Of a stretch of DNA of 48,043 bases, positions 29,180 through 39,237 are shown piece after piece (within the stretch, counting starts at the first letter, position 1; each line of letters starts with the position of its first letter). The translations under genes and the position numbers were made by a program. This DNA comes from Deltaproteobacteria bacterium TL4 (GTDB lineage: Bacteria; SAR324; NAC60-12): assembly GCA_051382335.1 (NCBI GenBank), contig JBBCAX010000367.1, positions 1 through 48,043 of the forward strand. Direction: 5' to 3'. The notes beneath the pieces were generated by a model. That model was not told where the DNA came from and ran no database searches. It saw only the letters and a list, made by a program, of their open reading frames with translations.

Positions 29180-29515
29180 TTAAACGGCACCCAACGCCTC
29201 ATCCATTGTTTTGTGAATTGTAATCACTTTACTCAAGTTAGTGATATCGAATAATGACAACACTTTTTTATTGTTACAGACTACAATCAATTTGCCGCTT
29301 CTTTGGGAAATATCCTTGCTGGAAACAGCAATCACTCCAATTCCGGAACTTGAAATAAACTCAATGCCTGAAAAATCTAAAATGATATTGATCATTCCCT
29401 GTTCGATCAATCCCTCAATTTCTTTCAGAAGGGTGGGAGAAGTACTACCATCTAAGTCACCAAAAACGGTTACCGAACCGATCTTTTTCTCCGCGTCTAC
29501 TACTTTAGTTTCCAT
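29180..29515 (-). CDS. STAS-domain anti-sigma factor antagonist (RsbV/SpoIIAA-like)
   Basis: GDLD, LDFSGIEFISSSGIG with phosphorylatable Ser, LFDITNL. Confidence 0.92.
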   Translation of the reverse strand: METKVVDAEKKIGSVTVFGDLDGSTSPTLLKEIEGLIEQGMINIILDFSGIEFISSSGIGVIAVSSKDISQRSGKLIVVCNNKKVLSLFDITNLSKVITIHKTMDEALGAV

Positions 29516-29708
29516 AAATTACTCTTCTAGCTGTGATTGTTGAATTTAGTTGGCAAGGACATCTGACAAAAGCATAGTCACCAGAGGCAAAGAAACTTTG
29601 ATGAGGTCTCTAACCCCCTTAGCCAACACAAGCAGTACCAACGTTCTAGGTTGTTGATAAGCTTATTTGCTCATAATGTCAACTCAATGCAAAATTTTTT
29701 CTAACTTT

Positions 29709-30593
29709 TTAAAACCGCCTGACATACTTTTGTTTTGATATCGCTTTTTGGATTTCTGAAACAGGCATATAATCAAGCTCACGAAAGATTTGCCCAAGGA
29801 GCAAATGACATCGTTTCTGTAATAAGAGAGACAGTTCAACCTGTTCCTCTGATAGGTTATATTCTTTCATGCAAATATTGCCAAGATAATCTTTCTCCAT
29901 TGGCGATTTTTTTAAACGCAACCATTGCCCCTTAACGGGGGAAAGGAATTGTTTCCATGAAGGCAAAGATTCCCGCTTTAATGCCTGTAAGATCTGCTTG
30001 CGATTCCCCTGGTTAATTTTTTCCAAAGATTTGATCGCACTAAAAGAAATATCGACATTTGAACTAAAAATCAATGAGAATAATGCAGAATTTGCTTGAT
30101 GAAGTTCTTTTTGCCCTAAGGCTTGAACAATCAGATGTTGCGTGGTCTCATCTGCTTGAGAAAGCAAATTAATCAAGTACTGAATTTCATGTGGATTTTT
30201 TCTCATGACAAGGGTCTCTATCGCAAATTTCTTAACATTCATGTTATCCGATTCCCTAATATGGGTCAGGAGTTCCTGAAAAGAAAGTTGCCGTGCCTGC
30301 CGATCGGTTGAGAAAGATGAAGAATGACGTTTTTCCTTCCATTGAAAAGAATGAGCGTTTAGAGGATCTGTAGAAGAGGACGTAAACGTTTTGATCTTGG
30401 CAGACAGCATTCGCTTCCCTTCATATCGTTTTCTCAGCAAAGAGTAGGCTTGCAAAATCGTATTGAATTTTTCAGGATTTCCCTGATCTTTCGCGGTATC
30501 CGGATGATACCGCAAAACAGCCTGTCGGTAAGCTTGTTTCAACTCATCAAAAGTGGCGCTGGGCAGGACCCCTAACTCAATGTACGGATTCAT
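29709..30593 (-). CDS. J-domain protein with HEAT-like repeats
   Basis: NPYIELGV...LKQAYR...YHPD...AYSLL J-domain; central helical repeats (FAIETL, IVQALG, AIKSLEKI). Confidence 0.85.
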   Translation of the reverse strand: MNPYIELGVLPSATFDELKQAYRQAVLRYHPDTAKDQGNPEKFNTILQAYSLLRKRYEGKRMLSAKIKTFTSSSTDPLNAHSFQWKEKRHSSSFSTDRQARQLSFQELLTHIRESDNMNVKKFAIETLVMRKNPHEIQYLINLLSQADETTQHLIVQALGQKELHQANSALFSLIFSSNVDISFSAIKSLEKINQGNRKQILQALKRESLPSWKQFLSPVKGQWLRLKKSPMEKDYLGNICMKEYNLSEEQVELSLLLQKRCHLLLGQIFRELDYMPVSEIQKAISKQKYVRRF

Positions 30594-30829
30594 AGCATCT
30601 TTGTTGATTAAGGTTATTTAAAAACGGTACTTTTTTCTAAAAGGAAATTATTATCCAGTCAAAAGATAATTCACAACAAGCAAAATTTATACAAAACTCC
30701 ATGAAGATCCAAGAATTTTAATAATTCATTGACGAAGCCTCAAGCTAACGCGCTCTCTTTACCCGAAGCTCTTACAAATATGGGCACCTTTCAAGAATCA
30801 GTTTACAGTTTGGCAAAAATTCACGGAAG

Positions 30830-31067
30830 GTTCGAAAGACCTACGGTTTTTCTAAAGATTGAGAGGTCCACAATGCGTGCTCTTACTTTGTAGCCTAGAG
30901 TTACAATTTTTACTGGCCCGTCAGAACCTTGAGTCTCGAAGACGCCAAAGGCCAGCGTAGAAAACGTACTCCTGCTATGGCCGCTGGATTAACTAACCCT
31001 ATCTGGAGTACTGAAGAGTGGATCACTTACCCAGCTAAAGCTGGGTAAGTCATTCTGGGACACTACC
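30830..31067 (+). mobile_element. IS1-family transposase 3' remnant with right terminal repeat
   Basis: Translates VRKTYGFSKD*EVHNACSYFVA*SYNFYWPVRTL...RTPAMAAGLTNPIWS with two in-frame stops. Ends in ggacactacc (reverse complement GGTAGTGTCC, IS1-like end). Confidence 0.75.
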
Positions 31068-31257
31068 TGAAATCCAGGTTTTATTTTGGAAAGATGTCTA
31101 TTAAATTGATTTTTGATCAGGGATTGATCGGCCAATGGGAACAAACAAACGGTAGTATGGAATTGCATTCCCACTTTTATTGCGGGAGTGCCATCCTGCG
31201 CTACCGTTGACTACTGTGCAGTTAATTACTGGTCTAAAATATGGGGTCCCTTACACG

Positions 31258-32274
31258 TTATTTGAGTAGATCCAGTGCGGATTTGGAGTAATAAAATTTT
31301 TCCAAGCGTGCTGTAATTCTTTCCTTAAGGAAACCACTTTCCATCGCTTTTTCTATCGCAGGGATCGCAAAGCGCTTGCCTTCTCCAATAATTTCTTCCC
31401 GGCTTAGCCCTGAGTCCTCAATAACGGCCTGAAGACTTCTCTCACCGTTCTTTGTAAAGTAGACATTGACGCAGACAGTGATCAGATCCAACAACAAGGG
31501 ATCCTTACGCGCTTCTTCCCAGTAGGCTTCAACGACCTCTTCAGATTCATCAAGATTATCGGTTCCAACGGTATCCATAATACGATAAAGTTTTAGCGGT
31601 GAGGTTTGCCTCCAAACTTCCTCTTTTCCGATATCCATCAGGTCAGAATCCAAACCTCTGTTCAAAAACTCTTCAGATTGTTTGATGGAAACCCCTATTT
31701 GCTTTTCAATAAACTCTTTAATCATTTTTTCAGCACTTTCTTCAAAACCTGCTAAATTTTCTTTCACAAAATTTTGGCCAAATTTTAGTAATTTTGAAGC
31801 CCCGGGAAGTTTCTTGGAAATAGGATTGCCTGTCAGCATAAATTCTTTAGTATTGTTGTAAAGGATATCCGTAAGAAAACGGCCATAAACTTTAGAATTC
31901 AAAGCTTCATGAATGAGTTCCCGACGAACACGTTTTTTTGCTTCAGACTGCTCCGAGGCCTGGTCATAAAGCTCTCGTGATAGAATGTTCTCAACCACCG
32001 TTCCATTTTCTTTAAAGTAATCATACACCCCTTTCCCCAAATCCCGAAGCAACTCCTTGATTTCAGGAAGAATGGAAGTGCTTAAAATACGGTCCTTAAC
32101 AAAAGCCATCACTTTGTCAGGTGAGGACAAATCGTTGAGAGTCACCTCTTTGAGCCAATCGTAGACAGCGCCTACTTCTTCTTCAATACCTCGAATTAAA
32201 GAATCTCCTTGCAATTGACCTAACTCATACTGCACATGTGCTTCCAAGAATTTAGTTGCTTTTTCTTTAGACAT
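31258..32274 (-). CDS. Hypothetical helical protein, 338 aa
   Basis: Long ORF with upstream AAGGGA; no motif recognised with confidence. Confidence 0.8.
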   Translation of the reverse strand: MSKEKATKFLEAHVQYELGQLQGDSLIRGIEEEVGAVYDWLKEVTLNDLSSPDKVMAFVKDRILSTSILPEIKELLRDLGKGVYDYFKENGTVVENILSRELYDQASEQSEAKKRVRRELIHEALNSKVYGRFLTDILYNNTKEFMLTGNPISKKLPGASKLLKFGQNFVKENLAGFEESAEKMIKEFIEKQIGVSIKQSEEFLNRGLDSDLMDIGKEEVWRQTSPLKLYRIMDTVGTDNLDESEEVVEAYWEEARKDPLLLDLITVCVNVYFTKNGERSLQAVIEDSGLSREEIIGEGKRFAIPAIEKAMESGFLKERITARLEKFYYSKSALDLLK

Positions 32275-32484
32275 AATTTCCCTTATTTTTAAAATCTTTG
32301 ATTACAAAAGTGACACCTCTTCTATCTAAAGCACTTTACGTCCACGCTCGCAAGAGCATTCTTACCGAAAATTAAATAAAATCGAATTAATGAGGAACAC
32401 CGACTTCATGAATAAGGGAGGGTATGAAATTTTAAGTTTTTTGATTTTCGTCACAATCCGCATCAATCTCTCTTGTTTTTCAAG

Positions 32485-32679
32485 TGATATTCCGATACTT
32501 ACGTACTGACACAGCTCACATGATCCTCAGGAGGTGGTGGTCTGAGAACGCTCACTTTGCCGCAGGAGGGGGCAGCCTCAAGGTGGGACCCCTCAGAAAC
32601 GGGCATTTTGATGGATGCCGCTTCGCGGGCTTCGTTGTGAATTCTATTCGTGTGGGTTCAGGCGTGACAAAAGATGTCA
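32485..32679 (+). ncRNA. Candidate ~195-nt structured RNA or leader
   Basis: GC-rich island with nested pairings using G-U on the plus strand: 32485-91/32673-79, 32514-23/32648-57, 32541-46/32592-97, 32551-59/32579-87, 32602-06/32615-19. Confidence 0.45.
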
Positions 32680-32724
32680 ACTGAAATTTGAAGCGGCCAC
32701 TCCCTTTGTTGAAAAGTAGATACG

Positions 32725-33612
32725 ATGCAAATATTATTAATCGATGATGACCTAAATTTTCTGGACGAACTTAAAGAACGATTGACAAAATATGGGTATA
32801 TCGTTCAAATTGCAGGGGACGGAGAAACCGCATGGGATCTGTTTTCAAAAGCACCTACCGAATATGATGTGATCATATCAGATATTAAAATGCCGGTGTT
32901 GGGAGGCGTTGAACTTCTAAAAAGACTCCGGTATTATGAGTATGATGTTCCCGTCATTATCATGACAGGACACGGGGATTTAAACATCTCCATCGAAGCG
33001 TTGAAACATGGAGCGTATAATTTTCTGCTCAAACCTTTTTCCTTGAAAGATTTAAGAAAAACCCTTTCAAAACTCGTTGCGCAACAAATTCCGAAAAAAC
33101 AGTTGTATGAGTTTTATGAAGGGCTGAAGGAAGAATTAACCATCACCATCAACACGAATACCGACAGTATCCCGACCTTGGCTCAACACTTGGAAAGCCA
33201 TTATCAAATTCCCTGTAAGATGTTTAACATTAATGTTCATAACATCACCCTTTGTCTCCACGAAGCCCTCAATAACGCGGTCATTCATGGGAACCTTGAG
33301 GTTCCCTCAACCCTCAAGGAACAATCCTTTGAAACCTTCATGAACAAAGTCAAAGAACGTGAAGCCAAACAGGAATATGCACACCGCCTCATTAAGATCA
33401 CTTTTCGAATGGAAAACCTGCGTATGATTTTTGAAGTTCAGGATCAAGGCCATGGCTTCGAATTTGAAAAACTCCCCTCACATGAAAACCCTGACAGTTT
33501 ATTATTGAGTGGAAGAGGTCTACTCCTCATTCGAGCATCGATGGACGAGGTAAGTTGGGACCAACATTCAAAATGCCTGAAAATGGTCAAATATTTGGAA
33601 CGGCCTCAATAG
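32725..33612 (+). CDS. Receiver + RsbW-like HATPase_c protein, paralog of 17057-17962
   Basis: IDDD, SDIKMP, KPF; EALNNAVIHGN, QDQGHGF, SGRGLLLIRASMDEV. Confidence 0.88.
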   Translation: MQILLIDDDLNFLDELKERLTKYGYIVQIAGDGETAWDLFSKAPTEYDVIISDIKMPVLGGVELLKRLRYYEYDVPVIIMTGHGDLNISIEALKHGAYNFLLKPFSLKDLRKTLSKLVAQQIPKKQLYEFYEGLKEELTITINTNTDSIPTLAQHLESHYQIPCKMFNINVHNITLCLHEALNNAVIHGNLEVPSTLKEQSFETFMNKVKEREAKQEYAHRLIKITFRMENLRMIFEVQDQGHGFEFEKLPSHENPDSLLLSGRGLLLIRASMDEVSWDQHSKCLKMVKYLERPQ

Positions 33613-33805
33613 TGTCTGAACGGAAAGCGGTTGAGGCCTGAAAATCGGCTTTTTGTAAGGACTTTGACGAGTCGGGGAATGCTCAGGAAAACGGAATTTC
33701 TATTTGGCAGCTCTGCCTCGTCTGGTGAAGCAGAGCCTTGATCGTTGACATGACGCGGCAGAACCACATCACGACCAGAACAGAATTTTCTCTATTTTCA
33801 AATTA

Positions 33806-35608
33806 TCAGAAGAAATCAGTATCTTCGGTACTTGTATCGTCGTCAAATACTTTACATTGATAGGATTTCTCTTTTTTGTATTCTCTTTGATAGTCTTCGG
33901 AGAAAGTCTCAGATTTATCTGTTTTATCAGAATCAACCTTTTTACATGAAGACCAGTAATCCAAATCTGGATCCAAACAGGTCCATGATTTATTCGTAAC
34001 ATTATTGATTGTTTCAGTCCATGACCTGCTTTCCGTTTCCAACGTACTGTATTTGTCTCTGGTCGCAGTTTTTGTTACAGACTCAGTAGAGGTTACGGTA
34101 CCATTGGGAGTCAGACTCTTTTGTGAGTTCGTCTCAGTCAACCATTGACCATTGCTATCATAGGTTGAACTATCGCTGTATTCTCCTGTAACAGCACCGT
34201 CCCAAGGGTAAGAACTGTCCCAGGAATAGATTTTCGTGGTAGAGGTTCTGGATTCAAGTTCTTTATTCTTACGCATCGTTATTGATTCACTTGATTCGTA
34301 CCTCAATTTTTGCTCACGGGTGGGATTGCCTTTATCATCCACTTTCTTAACCTTTACATCCCTGTTTTCATACCCTTTGCTGGTTGATGTTTGGGTCGCT
34401 AAAAGATCTTTGGAATGATAAGTAAAAGTAAGGATTGATTCATAGGACAACTCCTCCTCTTGTGACTTGAAAATCGGGTTGCCCTTCGTATCATAGTCGT
34501 AATTCCCATCATCTTTTTCTTTATAGACGGTGTGATATTGGTATCCCTTGACCGTTGCGTCAACGGGGTCTTTAGTAGTTTCATAACTGAGCAGGGTTTC
34601 TTCTCTTGAGTCTTTCAAGAAATCGGCGTCATCCTCTTCCTTCACTTCTGAGAGAGCAGTTTTGCTGAGCATGTTCCCTTTATCATCATAACTCGCTGTG
34701 TTGGTCTCTCGGTACTGTGTCGTGATGCCTTTTTCTGCTGGCGTTCCTTTTCCACTCGTCTCTGTGCGGGAGTACGCCAGAACTTCCTGAGTGGGATTTC
34801 CTTTTTCATCATAAGTATAAGTGTAGGTACCACTTTCACTAAAACGAGTATCATCGGTATGGGGTCTTTCAGCCTTATAGGAGCCGCCAGTTCGCTGTTT
34901 TCCATCAGCGCTGTAACTGTAGTCTCTCGTTCTGATTTCATCTTTTTCACCAAAATTAAGAACGGTATAGATCTCCTGAGTCAAATTAAAGTTTTTGCTA
35001 TCATAAGTATATTGGGTACTGCTCCACTGTGTCGTCCTTAATTCCAAATACCGATTTCCTTTTTTATCATAGAGATAGGACTCAAACGTGGCCTCTCTGG
35101 TTGCGGTCTGAATACGATTCTGTTCATCGTAAGTATAGGTAAAAGGAATCGCTTGTTGATCCAAAATTCCATCAGGTCCCACCGCGACTTTAACATCGTC
35201 TGTGGTGACAGGCGTATTTTTATCGTTCACATAAAAGCTTCCACCATCGCGCTGTTCGATTGCTTGAATCAGATTGGCGTTGCTATCATAGGCAAAAATG
35301 CTGGAATTTCTTACCCAGGGAATCCCAACCGTATCGGTCCGTTCCTCTAGGGCTTGAACCAATTTTCCGTGACTCCGTGAATATTCAAACGATCCCGTCT
35401 CAACACCACTGACAGTCAAGTCACTGGTTGTCTTGTCAGTAAACGAACCTTCCCACGAAGCGGAGCGTGTACAGGAAGCTTTTTCATCATCATCAGCTTC
35501 TTTAAGACCCAGATCTTCCTGAGTCTTTTCAACATCACAACTCACCATAAAAAAACTTCCTAGGACTAGAAAACACCCTATAAACAACTTAAAAACAACA
35601 CTAAACAT
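33806..35608 (-). CDS. Lipoprotein with YD/RHS-like repeats
   Basis: Lipobox-like MVSC; recurring YTYDEQNR, YLYDKKGN, YTYDEKGN, SYDDKGN, YDTKGN and TYDSNGQ motifs. Confidence 0.8.
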   Translation of the reverse strand: MFSVVFKLFIGCFLVLGSFFMVSCDVEKTQEDLGLKEADDDEKASCTRSASWEGSFTDKTTSDLTVSGVETGSFEYSRSHGKLVQALEERTDTVGIPWVRNSSIFAYDSNANLIQAIEQRDGGSFYVNDKNTPVTTDDVKVAVGPDGILDQQAIPFTYTYDEQNRIQTATREATFESYLYDKKGNRYLELRTTQWSSTQYTYDSKNFNLTQEIYTVLNFGEKDEIRTRDYSYSADGKQRTGGSYKAERPHTDDTRFSESGTYTYTYDEKGNPTQEVLAYSRTETSGKGTPAEKGITTQYRETNTASYDDKGNMLSKTALSEVKEEDDADFLKDSREETLLSYETTKDPVDATVKGYQYHTVYKEKDDGNYDYDTKGNPIFKSQEEELSYESILTFTYHSKDLLATQTSTSKGYENRDVKVKKVDDKGNPTREQKLRYESSESITMRKNKELESRTSTTKIYSWDSSYPWDGAVTGEYSDSSTYDSNGQWLTETNSQKSLTPNGTVTSTESVTKTATRDKYSTLETESRSWTETINNVTNKSWTCLDPDLDYWSSCKKVDSDKTDKSETFSEDYQREYKKEKSYQCKVFDDDTSTEDTDFF

Positions 35609-36173
35609 GACCCCTCATTTTTTGAGATGTTAATAATACGTGATCGCAACTTTGGCCACTTTCTGACAGAGAACGATCAAAAACATGACAAACTCTCGAT
35701 ATGTGTTCAATCATCGACTGAATACAAGACGACACGGTTCCAATTAGAACTGAAAGGAAAAAGACTATAAAACCTTTTTCACATTTCTGGTTAAAGTGGA
35801 ACCCTATTTAGACTTGTGCCATCAACTTTATGCAGTGTCAATATGATTGACAAAACTTTAAGCCATTCAAAGCACGGTTCAGCCTTGCCGTCCTATTGTG
35901 GTGCATTAAATGCGTGGCAATAACTTCATTCAATAACCTTTACTCATTCCTCATAAAAAACTTGTCAAACCGCTTTGGTTAAGGTAGTTAGGTGCGTTTA
36001 CTCTGAAGTAGACGCTACTGATTTTCGTATTCAGTGCCCAAAAATAAATTCCAAAAATCGTTTTGAACACTGGTTTTTCACTGATTCAGAAGGGTTCTCC
36101 TTGTTTGGGTCATCGCAGTAGAGAGTGCCTTTCGGCAAACACCCTAAAATTAATTATAGCGAGTATTAGCATT

Positions 36174-36308
36174 ATGAAACGAACATTTCAGCCCAATACG
36201 CGAAGACGCAAAATGAAACATGGATTTCGCGTTCGTATGGAAACCCACCAAGGACGCATTGTCCTCAAACGCCGAAGAGCAAAAGGACGTAAACGACTAA
36301 GTGTATGA
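36174..36308 (+). CDS. rpmH: 50S ribosomal protein bL34
   Basis: [44 protein letters not shown]. Confidence 0.97.
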   Translation: MKRTFQPNTRRRKMKHGFRVRMETHQGRIVLKRRRAKGRKRLSV

Positions 36309-36678
36309 GTCCCCGTGTTTCGCGTTTCCTAAACGTGTGCGGCTTAAGCGGCAAAAAGAGATTGAAACGGTTTTTAAAGCAGGTCAATATCGGAGACTCG
36401 GTTTGATCGGGGTTAAGTATTATCCTACGGAGTTGGGGTACAGTCGTTTTTTGATTTCAGTCAAGAAGAAGGTAGGGAATGCCCCTTTTCGAAATCGAAT
36501 CAAGCGGATCATGAGAGAAGCCATCAGACTCCAGCTTCCTGAATTGGAGGGAAGTTTTGATATTTGTTTCTTTTTCACCCAAAAGCCTCAGTACTCAATA
36601 CAAACGTCTTATTTTTTCCATCGTGTACGAGATTTATTTACTGAGTTAAATGAACAAAACAGGGATGGAAAAGGATAA
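36301..36678 (+). CDS. rnpA: Ribonuclease P protein component
   Basis: [28 protein letters not shown] (RNR motif); position after rpmH. Confidence 0.93.
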   Translation: MYESPCFAFPKRVRLKRQKEIETVFKAGQYRRLGLIGVKYYPTELGYSRFLISVKKKVGNAPFRNRIKRIMREAIRLQLPELEGSFDICFFFTQKPQYSIQTSYFFHRVRDLFTELNEQNRDGKG

Positions 36679-37000
36679 AAACTTAAATCTCGTTAGGAGA
36701 TGTCTTTGTTTTTTGGTAAAAGGAGATGGGTTGTTTCCCAGGCTTTCCAGGATCATCAGTCACCTGGTTGTGTTAATGATTTACGGATATCAGCGCTGGA
36801 TTTCCCCCTTTCTTCCCAAGTCTTGCCGTTTTTATCCGACATGCTCCCAATATGCGATTGAAGCTTACCAGCGTTTTGGCTTGTTTAAGGGAACGTGGCT
36901 CGCTGTTTTACGTCTCCTGAAGTGTCACCCTTTTCATCCGGGAGGGGTTGATCTGATACCTGAAGAAAAAAACTCTTCACAGACAATTCAAAGAAAATGA
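36650..37000 (+). CDS. yidD: Membrane protein insertion efficiency factor YidD
   Basis: YQRWISP...CRFYPTCSQYA...RLLKCHPFHPGGVD. Confidence 0.95.
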   Translation: MNKTGMEKDKNLNLVRRCLCFLVKGDGLFPRLSRIISHLVVLMIYGYQRWISPFLPKSCRFYPTCSQYAIEAYQRFGLFKGTWLAVLRLLKCHPFHPGGVDLIPEEKNSSQTIQRK

Positions 37001-37004
37001 AATT

Positions 37005-38720
37005 ATGGAAAATAGAACGTTTATAGCAGTTGCGATTTCTTTTGTGATCCTTTTGGGCTGGTCTCTTCTGTTTCCGCCGTCTCCTCCTCCCAAACCAAAT
37101 CCGAAGCTTGCCGAAGTGCTCAAAACTGAAGAAATTGGAGCGGAGCAAACACTTCAGGAGAGTACCGCGCTCTCTGTTGCAAATACGAACGTACCTCAGT
37201 CTTCCATAGAAGTGGATTTACCCGCGAAAGATTTGACAGTAGATACCAATGACTACCACATGGTGCTTGATTCAAGGGGGGCAATTGTCAGGAGTTTTCA
37301 GCTTAAGAAATACAACCATACGAAACCCAGAACAACACTTGTAAAATGGTTTCCTTTTCTGGGATCAATTTTTTCCAATGAGCCTATTCCTGAAACTCAA
37401 GATAATTTAGTTCAGCTCATCAATAATCAGATAGAAGGGATTCAATCCTTTTCCTTGGAATTTGAAGATAATCTTCAGACAAGTGTGGACTTCAAACAAA
37501 CGGTTTTTTCCAGTAACCAGGAGCAAATTGTTCTCCAGCCAGGCAATGAGCCTGCCACTTTGATCTTAACCTCGCCAGTGGTGAATCATCTGCAAGTTAT
37601 TAAAACCTTTACCTTTTCACCAGACAGCTATGTCATCAACTACCAGATCCAAATCATTAATCGTTCATTGACGCTCCAAGCCCTTAAAATTCGTCAAATT
37701 TTTGGAGAAGGACGAGTGTTGGATGCACCCAGTCAATATGCACATAATGGCGTTGTCTATCTAACGGAAGGAGATTTGGAAACTGAAGATAACAAAAAAC
37801 TTCAAACGGAGAAGAAAGTTTCCAAAATCAAGTGGATCGGCATAGAAGATCCTTACTTCATCACGGCGGTTGCGCCTTTAGACCACATTCGTCACGCCCA
37901 TTTTCAGACGGTCAGGATCGTCGATGGAAAAAACGAGTTATGGGTCCCTTACTTTGGAATTCGCTTACCTTCCGTGGAATTGGAATCTAATAAACAAGTA
38001 CAGGCCAGTTTTCAAATTTATTATGGTCCCAAAGAAGATACGCAGATGTTGAAATTCGGACGAGACCTACACAGATCCCATAAAATGACTTTGGAAATGG
38101 TCGCAAGGCCGTTACTGGTCCTGTTGCGCTGGATACAAAGCTACGTGGGTAATTACGGTGTAGCCATTATCATTTTGACCGTCATTGTCCGATTGACACT
38201 CTTTCCTTTAACCTACAAAGGAATGAAGTCCATGAAAAGAATGCAGCAGCTTCAACCCAAAATGAAAAGGATTCAGGAAAAATATAAAAACGACAAGGAA
38301 AAATTAAATCTGGAGTTGCTAGACCTTTATCGCAAGCATAAGGTCAATCCCATCGGAGGGTGTCTGCCCATGCTTTTACAAATCCCTATCTTTTTTGGGC
38401 TGTACAGTGCGTTGTCTACAGCGGTGGAACTTCGACATACGCCTTTTTACTTTTGGTTAACGGATCTTTCCGCACCGGACGGGTTGGGAATCACGCCTCT
38501 TTTGATGGGAGCGACAATGATGCTTCAGCAAAAGATGACGCCCACAACCCTCATGGACCCGACACAAGCGAAGATCATGCAGATGTTGCCCTTGATTTTC
38601 ACCGTATTTACGTTTTCCTTTCCTTCGGGATTATTGTTGTACTGGGTCACCAGTAACATTTTATCCATTGGTCAACAATATTTGATTAACCAGATCAAAA
38701 CCCCGGATATGGATAATTAG
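37005..38720 (+). CDS. yidC: Membrane protein insertase YidC
   Basis: GNYGVAIIILT, SMKRMQQLQPK, GGCLPMLLQIPIF, WLTDLSAPD and PSGLLLYW motifs. Confidence 0.97.
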   Translation: MENRTFIAVAISFVILLGWSLLFPPSPPPKPNPKLAEVLKTEEIGAEQTLQESTALSVANTNVPQSSIEVDLPAKDLTVDTNDYHMVLDSRGAIVRSFQLKKYNHTKPRTTLVKWFPFLGSIFSNEPIPETQDNLVQLINNQIEGIQSFSLEFEDNLQTSVDFKQTVFSSNQEQIVLQPGNEPATLILTSPVVNHLQVIKTFTFSPDSYVINYQIQIINRSLTLQALKIRQIFGEGRVLDAPSQYAHNGVVYLTEGDLETEDNKKLQTEKKVSKIKWIGIEDPYFITAVAPLDHIRHAHFQTVRIVDGKNELWVPYFGIRLPSVELESNKQVQASFQIYYGPKEDTQMLKFGRDLHRSHKMTLEMVARPLLVLLRWIQSYVGNYGVAIIILTVIVRLTLFPLTYKGMKSMKRMQQLQPKMKRIQEKYKNDKEKLNLELLDLYRKHKVNPIGGCLPMLLQIPIFFGLYSALSTAVELRHTPFYFWLTDLSAPDGLGITPLLMGATMMLQQKMTPTTLMDPTQAKIMQMLPLIFTVFTFSFPSGLLLYWVTSNILSIGQQYLINQIKTPDMDN

Positions 38721-38877
38721 CCACGGTCGCGGTAAGCGCTGGCAGAGAAAGGTATAAGGTATTAGCTCTTTGCGGTATTTCTGAATTCGTCAAAAGCGAA
38801 TACCTTAAATCTTGGACTTGAATGCTATGGCACACTAGCCATTCACTCAGGGCAATAGCGATTTTGGAAAGTGTGAG

Positions 38878-39042
38878 CTAAAGTGCGTGTTCATCTTCCC
38901 AATGTCGTCGAAATTCTGCCGCAAAGCGTTCGATCCAGTCTAAGGCAGCTCCATTGGGACTTTTGTCACAGTGTTGCTCGACATAGCTGTATATTTCCTG
39001 CATCTGCTCTTGGTAGAATTCTTCGTCTGGACAATGTTGCAT
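38878..39042 (-). CDS. Small hypothetical protein, 54 aa
   Basis: ATG at 39042 with AAAGGAG SD; ends ..AALDWIERFAAEFRRHWE. Confidence 0.65.
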   Translation of the reverse strand: MQHCPDEEFYQEQMQEIYSYVEQHCDKSPNGAALDWIERFAAEFRRHWEDEHAL

Positions 39043-39064
39043 GATATCTCCTTTACCAAAAAAC

Positions 39065-39178
39065 ATAATAATAACCCAAGTTGTGACCTATTGAATAGCT
39101 GTGTGAGAATCCAGAATTCAGAACATGAATACTTTCTGATCATAAATAATTCCAGGTCACAACTTGGGTTAATAATAA
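39065..39178. mobile_element. 100-bp MITE-like element with 18-bp perfect terminal inverted repeats and 7-bp flanking direct repeat
   Basis: taacccaagttgtgacct (39072-39089) is the exact reverse complement of 39154-39171; ataataa flanks both sides (39065-71 and 39172-78). Confidence 0.65.
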
Positions 39179-39237
39179 AGAAGTAATTCAAATTCCATAC
39201 CTAGGAATGGGTGAGATTTTATTAATCGGGTTTATCT

